64,000 nt of DNA from Escherichia phage vB_Eco_mar004NP2, in sequence record OR896837.1, one strand, 5' to 3'. Shown here one piece after another: positions 56,388 to 64,000 of the stretch; positions within the stretch are counted from its first letter, which is position 1, and every line of letters starts with the position of its first letter. Made by a program: the position numbers and the translations under genes. The notes below the pieces were generated by a model. That model was not told the origin of the DNA and ran no database searches. It saw nothing but the letters and a program-made list of their open reading frames with translations.

Positions 56388-57122
56388 TTAGGCAACTTTT
56401 AATTTCTCAATATATTGTTGAGGACTGCAACTATATTCTGCGCGTTCTTCCTCGGTCATACCTTCCCAGCATAATTTTAAACGGTCAGCTAGGAATTGAT
56501 AATCATTATCATCGTCGAGAGATTCATCAATAAAGGTTTCACCTATCAATGCCACGCCGATTGATAGAATATCATTAACGGCTTGTGCGTCCAGCGTTTT
56601 AAATCCGTATGACGCTGCCGCTGATAGCACGCCTTTATGATCATCAATCATTGTAAAATCAGCGTTAGGATATAACTGTTTAAATAATTCAAAATAATAA
56701 GATTTATATACTGCGTCTTTGCTGTGGTATATTTCGCTAACCTTATCAGCTTTAAAATATTTGTGTAGTGTATCGCGGGAAAATACGCGGATATTACTAT
56801 TACCACGACCGCGCAACCCTTGTTTACGCAAGAAATAATAGTCCGACTTACTCATCAGTCGAGCGGTGCAAATAATGTTTAAAGTATTTGCGTCATTCAT
56901 GCACTGGCGCATATATTCAACCAATGGCAATAAAGTATCTTGCATTATTAAATGGTGTTTACACGCTTCATTTTTATACTTATTTAAATCTAAATTGCCC
57001 TCGCTATCAAAGCAGGGTGCTATACGATGGAAAGAATTAATGATAGTGCCGTCTAAATCCCAAATCATGACGCGGGAAATATGCGGGAAGCTGCGGGAAA
57101 GATTCATGATAGCTTTATTCAT
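56388..57122 (-). CDS. dmp: HAD-family 5'-deoxyribonucleotidase (T5 Dmp-like)
   Basis: 244 aa; HAD motif I WDLDGTI near N-terminus; sits in a pre-early-type module with A1/A2-like genes. Confidence 0.7.
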   Translation of the reverse strand: MNKAIMNLSRSFPHISRVMIWDLDGTIINSFHRIAPCFDSEGNLDLNKYKNEACKHHLIMQDTLLPLVEYMRQCMNDANTLNIICTARLMSKSDYYFLRKQGLRGRGNSNIRVFSRDTLHKYFKADKVSEIYHSKDAVYKSYYFELFKQLYPNADFTMIDDHKGVLSAAASYGFKTLDAQAVNDILSIGVALIGETFIDESLDDDNDYQFLADRLKLCWEGMTEEERAEYSCSPQQYIEKLKVA

Positions 57123-57201
57123 TTGTTACGTTCTCCATTTAAGGGATTAGATTAATTCAGCATTACCCGCTATTTATAAGCGGGTAATAATAAATTAACT
57201 A

Positions 57202-57594
57202 TTAAAGACCATAAGCCAACGCATCGGCGATAAAACTAACATCCTCACCTGATACATGGGAACGAATCCCCGCACAAGTATATACTTTTGCAGAAATCAA
57301 TTGATCATCAAGGCAAGCGGGGCAAGGCGCGACAACTGCAAAGGCTAGACCGGATTTTACTGCGTCGATGATAATCGTTTCTTGTTTCGCCGTGTCAACA
57401 TAAACGCCTTTTGCTTTAATATGGCTAGTTAGTTTGCCTTGCATATATGCAAATGTTGTAACCTGCAAAGCGTCATTGAAATCTAGCAATTCATCAATAA
57501 CGTGCCCCGCCTCGACGTGGTAACGCTCACCATTAGAATAAACCAGAACAATTGAGGATTGAGCGCGGTCAAATGGAATATTTTGCTTTTTCAT
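57202..57594 (-). CDS. Hypothetical pre-early-module protein (130 aa)
   Basis: ORF track; PCPAC motif; conserved leader upstream. Confidence 0.5.
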   Translation of the reverse strand: MKKQNIPFDRAQSSIVLVYSNGERYHVEAGHVIDELLDFNDALQVTTFAYMQGKLTSHIKAKGVYVDTAKQETIIIDAVKSGLAFAVVAPCPACLDDQLISAKVYTCAGIRSHVSGEDVSFIADALAYGL

Positions 57595-57632
57595 GTTTAT
57601 AAAACTCCAATTAGTTTAATAATGGATTTAAT

Positions 57633-57890
57633 TTATTTGATAATAATCTGCATCTGGTACGGTGTTAATTCACCGTTTACGGGTAAATTATTATCGCTTA
57701 GCCACTCATAAAAAGCACCATCATCGTCAAAGGGTACAATATCATTATCACTATAATCGACCGTAATAATCCCATCAGTATTAGTTTTGGCGGCTAGAAT
57801 AGGCCCGAAGCTGTAAACTTTATCGGATTCCATTTCATCCGGTGAAATAAATGCTTTTTCGTCTAGCGTTTTGGGTAATGTAACTTTCAT
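57633..57890 (-). CDS. Small acidic protein (85 aa; candidate DNA-mimic / host-takeover factor)
   Basis: 16 Asp/Glu versus 6 Lys and no Arg by my count; location in the pre-early-type module. Confidence 0.5.
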   Translation of the reverse strand: MKVTLPKTLDEKAFISPDEMESDKVYSFGPILAAKTNTDGIITVDYSDNDIVPFDDDGAFYEWLSDNNLPVNGELTPYQMQIIIK

Positions 57891-57946
57891 TCTAATTTAG
57901 CTCCTGTAATAGCGGCTATATTTCAAGCCGCTAGGGGATTAATTAT

Positions 57947-59611
57947 TTACGCAAAGAATTTACCGTTTTTAAAGTCAATCAAAGTGCGCTGACCGTTTGC
58001 ATAGGTAATTAAATGCGTTTGCGTCCAGCTTGACGCGCCAACGTTGTAACCCATGTCCAGACTACCAGCTACGCCAGCGGTATACACGCCGCCATAAATG
58101 CTGGCGGTGTGAGTGTGTCCGGTGTTTAATTTGCCCAATTTCTTAAATTGTTTAGGATTGCCACGGCTGCCGTTAATGCCGTTGTGACCGTGTACGCCGC
58201 ATTCAATGCCTACAATCTTGAAAGATTGGTCAGTAGTTAGAAAAATGGCGTTAAACTCACAACCTGCAACCTTGCGCAGCGCATAATCTAGCACGTTGAA
58301 AGTATCGTCTTTTTCTGCAATAGCTCCATAAATCGCGGCATTTAGGCGGTGATATAGTTCCGCGTTTGCTGGATCGTCTTTAATGTTAGCATTACGATCA
58401 TCAAGCCAACGGGATAGCGCCAAATCGTGATTAGATTCAACAATGATTGTTTGCGAGAAATCACGTTCCATTGATTCCAGCACGCGCCCCGTATCGATAA
58501 GATCATCTAATACCTTATCACGTCCGGCGGCGTATTGTTTTGCTAGGAATACACCGGATGCGCGGTTGTGATGGTTGCGTGATGTAAAATCATGCACGTC
58601 ATGGATAAACTGATATTTAGGCTTGAGAATATCAAGCAAGCTATTTTCGCCAGCCCATGACGCAACGGCACAATCATCATCTAGTTTTTCTGCGTGAATA
58701 TCGCCGTATTGCAAGCCTAAAACATGCCCCGATGTCTCATAGCATCCGGCAGGAGTAGCGCACACATTCAGATCATAAAATACCCCGCTTTCGTCCATCG
58801 TTTCGAGCTGGCGTACAAAAAATTCCCCGTCCTCGTCGAACTCGACAATTAGCGCACCGAAGTTATGCAGCGCCTCGGCCTTTTGTCCTGCTTTCTGCTG
58901 AATGTAGTTTTTGAGCGTTGCCGTTCCGGTTGAGTACATACGGCGCACTACTTCACCTTTTAAAGCTGGCACGCTTTCAGCGGTAATTTTAGCGTGACCA
59001 ATTGCCAGACCTTCCAGATTAAGCGCCGTTGCAGTTTCAGCGAATCCAGAAAGCGGATAATCTGCGGTTGGCAAAACGTTAATTTCAGCCATGAAAGCAA
59101 AACGGCGGTTATTTAAAAACACGTTTTTATTGCAGATATATTTGTCAAATGCGGAATCATATTTTATTCCTTCTGCACCCTCGCCATTTTGAAAACCGTT
59201 TTTGTTATAAATAAACTTGCTAACCAGCAAATCAGCGCCGATATATTTAGCAAATTGCTCCAATGAGGCTAAAAAGTTTTTATGCGGGAAAGTATTATTC
59301 TGAATCGACGTAATAATAAAGCGTTTACCCTGCTTTACTTCCCATTGCTCAACCGTGCTAGAAACAATCCCCGCCGCTTCTGGACGCTCATCGTTTTTAA
59401 TGGCTTTTGCTACTTTCGCCGCTTTCGGTTTAGCTGGTTTATTTGCTTCCAACCAGTCGCAGATAGCGGTCGAGTGTTTTGTTGTATCGTAGACCGCTTT
59501 TGATATATCGTCGCAGACCTCCAGTTTAGTAGCGCGCAGACGTTTACCATAGAAATTAAAGTCAGCGGCCATTTTCAGGATAACGGTTTGTTTTTCTGTG
59601 GAAATAATCAT
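57947..59611 (-). CDS. A1: A1-like pre-early protein (metallophosphoesterase-type nuclease-like)
   Basis: 554 aa; calcineurin-like motifs GDIHAEKLDD, VESNHD, GHTHTA; size close to T5 A1 from memory. Confidence 0.7.
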   Translation of the reverse strand: MIISTEKQTVILKMAADFNFYGKRLRATKLEVCDDISKAVYDTTKHSTAICDWLEANKPAKPKAAKVAKAIKNDERPEAAGIVSSTVEQWEVKQGKRFIITSIQNNTFPHKNFLASLEQFAKYIGADLLVSKFIYNKNGFQNGEGAEGIKYDSAFDKYICNKNVFLNNRRFAFMAEINVLPTADYPLSGFAETATALNLEGLAIGHAKITAESVPALKGEVVRRMYSTGTATLKNYIQQKAGQKAEALHNFGALIVEFDEDGEFFVRQLETMDESGVFYDLNVCATPAGCYETSGHVLGLQYGDIHAEKLDDDCAVASWAGENSLLDILKPKYQFIHDVHDFTSRNHHNRASGVFLAKQYAAGRDKVLDDLIDTGRVLESMERDFSQTIIVESNHDLALSRWLDDRNANIKDDPANAELYHRLNAAIYGAIAEKDDTFNVLDYALRKVAGCEFNAIFLTTDQSFKIVGIECGVHGHNGINGSRGNPKQFKKLGKLNTGHTHTASIYGGVYTAGVAGSLDMGYNVGASSWTQTHLITYANGQRTLIDFKNGKFFA

Positions 59612-59708
59612 ATTAATAAAACTCCATTAAAGGGATTAAAAAACGTTTGTTATTGGCAAATATTGCCAAATATAACGCCTTGAATAATAGGCGTTATAAT
59701 TTGCAACA

Positions 59709-59906
59709 TTAATTTAAAGGCATAAGGCTAGAACTAACACCACAAGCAATGGCGGCAATAAAACAAATCAGACCTAAACGCTTTGCCAATTTAGACTTAC
59801 GTTTAAAATAATATGAGTCTAAATCATTTTGAAAATAAGCGAATAATAACGAGGCCGCCATAATAAATAAGCCTAGAATTAACGATTCAGTGGGGTAAAA
59901 GATCAT
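59709..59906 (-). CDS. Small two-TM membrane protein
   Basis: ORF track; two hydrophobic helices separated by a basic loop (KRKSKLAKR). Confidence 0.45.
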   Translation of the reverse strand: MIFYPTESLILGLFIMAASLLFAYFQNDLDSYYFKRKSKLAKRLGLICFIAAIACGVSSSLMPLN

Positions 59907-59962
59907 TTTAAAACTCCAGTCAAAGAGAAATTATAGTGGGGAATATTCCCCGCTAATTAAAT

Positions 59963-60370
59963 TTATTCACCTGCGGCCTGTTTTACTTCATCGGCAACGC
60001 CTAACAGTTGCGCTACGGCGTCCAGCGTTTCAAGTTTTGCACTTTCCAGACTTGCCAGACCGTCGGCGTCTTTAATAATGCCGGAATCAATAGCATGTTT
60101 AGCGATAACGCGTACATAGTGAGCTTTGCGGATTGAGCTACCGCCGCCAACTTTGCGAGGCTTATCGCTTTTCTGATACGCTTTTGCGCTGGTCAATTTT
60201 GATCGAACAGACACGGGAGAAGACGCGCCCACTGCTTTTGCAATCTCTTTTAAACCGTCGCTATTTGCGAAATCTAAACCGTTTTCATTAATTAACTGCT
60301 GGTACATAGAAACAGCTTTTTGAGTGTTTTCTTCATTCCAAGCAAATTTTGCGGTTTTAACGTTAGTCAT
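59963..60370 (-). CDS. A2: A2-like pre-early DNA-binding protein (tentative)
   Basis: 135 aa following the A1-like gene; size and position only. Confidence 0.45.
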   Translation of the reverse strand: MTNVKTAKFAWNEENTQKAVSMYQQLINENGLDFANSDGLKEIAKAVGASSPVSVRSKLTSAKAYQKSDKPRKVGGGSSIRKAHYVRVIAKHAIDSGIIKDADGLASLESAKLETLDAVAQLLGVADEVKQAAGE

Positions 60371-60466
60371 GGTAAAAACTCCTATTAGTTTAATTTAAGG
60401 GATAAGATTAACATAATGTTAATCGTTATATCCCCCGAACTACTGGGGGATATAAAAGTAACACTA

Positions 60467-60718
60467 TTACGCTACAGCTTCCCATTTTTCGTTACGCTGT
60501 ACAACCTTTACAACGTCGCCGGATTTAACGCGAACGCTAAAAACGGTTTTGCCGTTGTTACTACGTTCATTTTCAGCGTATACCGCGTCGATTGTATCAA
60601 ACGGCATAAGCGCCGCACCTTTAATACGTTCGGCTTTTCCGGTTAGTTCATCCGTTTTAGTAACGAAAGGAATAAAAACGGATTGACCAATTTTAGGCGC
60701 GGTAATAACGTTTTGCAT
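60467..60718 (-). CDS. Hypothetical protein (83 aa)
   Basis: ORF track; conserved leader upstream. Confidence 0.45.
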   Translation of the reverse strand: MQNVITAPKIGQSVFIPFVTKTDELTGKAERIKGAALMPFDTIDAVYAENERSNNGKTVFSVRVKSGDVVKVVQRNEKWEAVA

Positions 60719-60754
60719 AGTATAAACTCCAAGTTATTTAGGGGATTGTTCCGC

Positions 60755-60781
60755 ATTACCTGCTAGAAAGTAGCAGGTAAT
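60755..60781. repeat. Perfect 11-bp-arm palindrome with 5-nt centre
   Basis: attacctgcta-gaaag-tagcaggtaat, about 35 nt upstream of the 60718 start codon. Confidence 0.8.
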
Positions 60782-60917
60782 AAGCAACAATCCGCTCACC
60801 GCTATAATCAATTTAAGGAACTCCACGCAGGCTGCTATATCCCAGTTAGGGGGCAGGATGATTTATGGGGAATCACCTAACCGTCAAATTGTATCAAGTT
60901 ATCGCTCTCATCGAACT

Positions 60918-61206
60918 GGGTACATCTTAAAGCCTATCGGCTAGGGTGTCAAACTGTTTTTTGCAGTTTTTTATGATTTTCTTTCAGGTCGATCATAATA
61001 TTACGCCAGATCATTTCTAAACCCTGCTGGCGGCCTTTCTTGTACTGAGCAAATCGGTATTTTACGGATTGCTGGGCTATTGTCAACAATTTTTTAGTAG
61101 TACCATCTAATTTTTTAGCTGGTTTACCAGTGATCAATAAAGTTTGTTTCATATCTGCGATTCCTTATAATATAAGTTTACCGCCGATAGACTTTAAGAT
61201 GTACCC
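60918..61206. repeat. 24-bp inverted repeat pair (23/24 match) bracketing a small basic-protein gene
   Basis: gggtacatcttaaagcctatcggc (60918-60941) versus reverse complement of gccgatagactttaagatgtaccc (61183-61206). Confidence 0.85.
60949..61152 (-). CDS. Small basic protein (67 aa, Lys-rich)
   Basis: ORF track; 16 Lys/Arg versus 4 Asp/Glu by my count; SD aagga 9 nt upstream; enclosed by the inverted repeats. Confidence 0.45.
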   Translation of the reverse strand: MKQTLLITGKPAKKLDGTTKKLLTIAQQSVKYRFAQYKKGRQQGLEMIWRNIMIDLKENHKKLQKTV

Positions 61207-61575
61207 AATTTTTAAAGAGCGCGGCGGTAAACTTCCCGCCGTGTAGTTCGTCATTGCCGCCCTACGAGATAAATAATAGCAAATAGTAAAAATGGCGCAA
61301 CCTTATTTTTGTAAAGAAACGTAAAGACAAAATGCCACCGGACACCGTGCGGCGACCTGGGCGCGGCGCACTAAAATTAAAGGAAACGGGCGCGCGAATA
61401 CCATAAAACCCAGCAGGTTGGCAAGTAATTTTTTCATTTATATTTGCCTTGCCCTACTTGACAAAAACTAAAAAGCTCGTGGTAGCGATAAACGAGGGTA
61501 GGCAATGCAATGGCATGGCTAAAAACTTCATCGCGTTATAGGGCGTTTTAGGCGCATTCTAGCCTTGTTGATAAC

Positions 61576-62017
61576 TTATCCCCAAAAGCAAAAATGAAAT
61601 TTTCCTAGTTATCCACTTGACTTTTATTTTCCAGTGGATAACTACTTATTTTATGAAATAAATTAATTGACTTTTATTTGTTAGTATGCATCGGAAAGAT
61701 AGCAGACTAATAGTTGCTAGGATGATAATCATGCTGGTGGATTGTAATAGCCGGAACTGTTAGCAGACTATTAATCACGGAAAATCTCATTAGCCAACTA
61801 ACTATTTCATGATATATAATATACTTATAAATTAATGAGAAATAATAATTATAAGAAATCGTAACCGATAGAAATAATAACTATAAGAAACTATCGTCCT
61901 AAGTGAGAACCACTATCGTTTAAGTTATCCACAAGTTTATTAACAGCACAAAATGATTTGACACGATAGGCGACGATATAAGGACTTATCCACAGACTTA
62001 TCCACATGTTATCCTAC
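61576..62017. promoter_or_regulatory. DnaA-box cluster in a 1.1-kb non-coding region (origin / injection-stop-like region)
   Basis: TTATCCACA-type boxes at 61609-61617 (+), 61633-61641 (-, palindromic pair with 15-bp spacer), 61925-61933, 61986-61994, 61998-62006, plus weaker 61576-61584 and 62009-62017. Confidence 0.6.
61839..61890. repeat. Two 20-bp direct repeats (iteron-like)
   Basis: gaaataataattataagaaa (61839-61858) and gaaataataactataagaaa (61871-61890), 19/20 identical. Confidence 0.8.
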
Positions 62018-62298
62018 TGTATAAATATACAGGGTAAAAAGGTAGTGTTAACAACTGCAATCAATTTTAGGCGGCCTAAAACGCTTTCTAACGAGCTAAA
62101 TGCGGTGGGGTAATATTAAAGTGAAGCCTTCACCCGTCGCCCTGGTGGCTTCACCGTGTTTTGCTCTTTACTGTACCGCTGCGCGGTTAGCATAAAACTA
62201 GGCGCTAGGCAAGGAAAATAAAAAGGTAAAATAATATTTGCCTATGCTAGAAAATTGCCTTTATCATTCACTCACCGATTAACGAGGGAGGCCAACAA

Positions 62299-63060
62299 AT
62301 GAGGCTATATAAACCAGGTAACGCAACCGTCTTAAAAGGTGCGCTGCGTAACCTGCTGGACGGTAGCAGAACAACCAGCATTAAACATTTTATTAACAAG
62401 GCTGAAACTATTCACCAAAACTTTTTTGGTGATTTCGATGCCTATGATATGAATAGTTTTCTACCGTTATATAAACAAGGGGCAACGCTTGTTTTATATA
62501 ATCAAGATTATCAATTGCTCACTAGTCGAGGGCCGGATACTGATTTCATAATCGTAAAAGGTAGCACAGTAAAAGCCTATGATACTGGGGCAGGCTTAGA
62601 AGTTTTTTCAATAGAAAATTATGAAGCCAACCCCAATGATCTTTATGATATTGAAAATTTTCTTGATTCATTTTGGCGTTATTTATCAGTTGGCTGGAAT
62701 CGGTCGGATTGTGACGGGTATCGTTTCGCGGCTGTAATGGCCTTTGATGATAACGGTAATTTTTTGTTACCGTCGGAAGTGTACCCTTATGTATATGAGG
62801 GGGATATTGAAAGCGCGGGCTTTTCTTTCTGGAAGGAGGAAGATCAGCCTATTGACAACACGGAAAAACATGCTGTAAATTCTAACACTCAAAGCGTTAA
62901 CACTCAAACTACTGAAAACAAAGGAAATAATACCATGACCAAGATCGCTAATATCGTTGCCGCTAATAAATCCGCTGTTGTAAATGCTGCAAAACTGGAA
63001 GCTGGCAAAATTGCATTGACTCAAATCACGAAAGTAGCGGCTAAAAACCGCCGTTTATGA
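62299..63060 (+). CDS. Hypothetical protein (253 aa)
   Basis: ORF track; SD gggagg upstream. Confidence 0.55.
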   Translation: MRLYKPGNATVLKGALRNLLDGSRTTSIKHFINKAETIHQNFFGDFDAYDMNSFLPLYKQGATLVLYNQDYQLLTSRGPDTDFIIVKGSTVKAYDTGAGLEVFSIENYEANPNDLYDIENFLDSFWRYLSVGWNRSDCDGYRFAAVMAFDDNGNFLLPSEVYPYVYEGDIESAGFSFWKEEDQPIDNTEKHAVNSNTQSVNTQTTENKGNNTMTKIANIVAANKSAVVNAAKLEAGKIALTQITKVAAKNRRL

Positions 63061-63290
63061 TTAAAGGTTATATTGATACGCCGATTGGTCGGGTAGTTAT
63101 TGCTAACCTGCTGAGCGTAGCGGTTGACCAGTACGCCCCGAATAACCAGAAAGCGAAAGCGGTAGCAGGCGCAGCTATGGAAGCGGCAATGCTAGAAATG
63201 GTGCAAAGTTTTAACATCGCTGAAATGATTGATGAAATGGTGAAAGGTATCGATATTTCTACTTTTACCACTAGCACCGAAAGCGAGTAA
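63057..63290 (+). CDS. Hypothetical protein (77 aa)
   Basis: ORF track; ATGA overlap with upstream gene. Confidence 0.45.
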   Translation: MIKGYIDTPIGRVVIANLLSVAVDQYAPNNQKAKAVAGAAMEAAMLEMVQSFNIAEMIDEMVKGIDISTFTTSTESE

Positions 63291-63355
63291 TAATATTTAG
63301 TGGGGATTGTTTCCCCGCTTTACTATTCCCTTATTAATTAATAGGAGGCTAATAA

Positions 63356-63850
63356 ATGGCTGAGGAAAAATATGGGTTTTCGCTAGGGGAAGTGAGCAAG
63401 GCTAAACATGATATGATCATTTTGGTCGATTGTCATACTGGCTATTGCGGTGAAGGGAATACTGAGGAATATTTTGTTCCTGCTGGTACGGATCTCGACG
63501 CTTTCGCTCATGAAATGGCTGTTGATAATGCTTCTCGTTTTGGTAGCGATGGCTATGAAGATGAGGAAACGGGCGAATGGTATGAGAATGATAATGTATA
63601 TGCAAGCCTTTATCATTATCAATTAAGTAAATCCGGCACATATGTAAACGGCGGCGATCCTATTAATTCCGTCATGAAATTAATTATTAAATATGGTGGC
63701 GCTGAAATAATCGGAAATAAAGCGGTAATATACGCAAACCGACTAAAACAGCTTGTTTATATCCCTGATAGTACCCGATGGGATGAATACGCTGTTTTGC
63801 ATGACGAATTGAAACGATGTTTCAATATTGAAACATTACAAGTAGTTTAA
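63356..63850 (+). CDS. Hypothetical protein (164 aa)
   Basis: ORF track; strong SD taggagg; followed by a terminator-like hairpin. Confidence 0.55.
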   Translation: MAEEKYGFSLGEVSKAKHDMIILVDCHTGYCGEGNTEEYFVPAGTDLDAFAHEMAVDNASRFGSDGYEDEETGEWYENDNVYASLYHYQLSKSGTYVNGGDPINSVMKLIIKYGGAEIIGNKAVIYANRLKQLVYIPDSTRWDEYAVLHDELKRCFNIETLQVV

Positions 63851-63863
63851 TGTAAAGTTTTGT

Positions 63864-63892
63864 AAAGGTCGCCATAATTGGTGGCCTTTTTT
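63864..63892 (+). terminator. Rho-independent terminator (stem includes G-U pairs)
   Basis: aaaggtcgcc / ggtggccttt stem followed by TTTTTT. Confidence 0.45.
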
Positions 63893-63956
63893 GTTATAAT
63901 GCCTTTACACCGTTTAAGGACGGTTGAAAATTTTCCCAAAAATTTGGAGGCTTAAA

Positions 63957-64000
63957 ATGGTTGCTTATTCTTCTGCTAGTCATCTGTTTACCGCGCAAGG
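63957..64000 (+). CDS. Hypothetical protein, N-terminal fragment (continues beyond window end)
   Basis: ATG 63957 preceded by ggagg at 6-nt spacing; only 14 codons in window. Confidence 0.35.
   Translation, partial: MVAYSSASHLFTAQ

Noticed and set aside
1-64000. tRNA genes, rRNA genes, CRISPR arrays, integrase/attachment sites
   Set aside because: No T-loop-like GTTCGAATC-type motifs with cloverleaf context, no regularly spaced direct repeats with spacers, and no recombinase-like ORF were seen; the content is that of a strictly lytic T5-like phage.

Overview
The window reads as one contiguous ~64 kb stretch of a T5-like siphovirus genome (Demerecviridae-like); all family assignments rest on motifs read in the ORF translations, gene order and remembered T5 protein sizes, with no database search. 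(i) 1-27.5 kb, plus strand: early replication and nucleotide-metabolism module (PhoH fragment, anaerobic RNR NrdD, Sir2-like protein, HAD-like hydrolase, large SF2 helicase, split NAD-dependent DNA ligase, DnaB-like helicase, DnaG-like primase, family-A DNA polymerase, second SF2 helicase, SSB-like protein, SbcD/SbcC-like nuclease, D15-type flap endonuclease, dUTPase), punctuated by repeated sigma70-type promoters with a shared leader. (ii) 27.5-55 kb, minus strand: late structural module (tail fibres, collar, pb4/pb3/pb9-like tail tip, tape measure, tail tube, capsid, protease, decoration, portal, two endonuclease genes, terminase, receptor-binding protein). (iii) 55-56.3 kb: Llp-like lipoprotein gene, four tiny overlapping membrane-protein genes and a perfect 76-bp tandem duplication. 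(iv) 56.4-61.2 kb, minus strand: pre-early-type module (dmp-like, A1-like, A2-like, small unknowns) rich in intergenic palindromes, followed by a 1.1-kb non-coding DnaA-box/repeat region and further plus-strand genes. No rRNA, tRNA or CRISPR array was recognised. The most notable observations are a tail-fibre gene broken at short G-runs that also carries a 13-nt homopolymer, the small acidic and membrane proteins at the late/pre-early junction, the DnaA-box cluster, and a Sir2-like gene in the early accessory operon.
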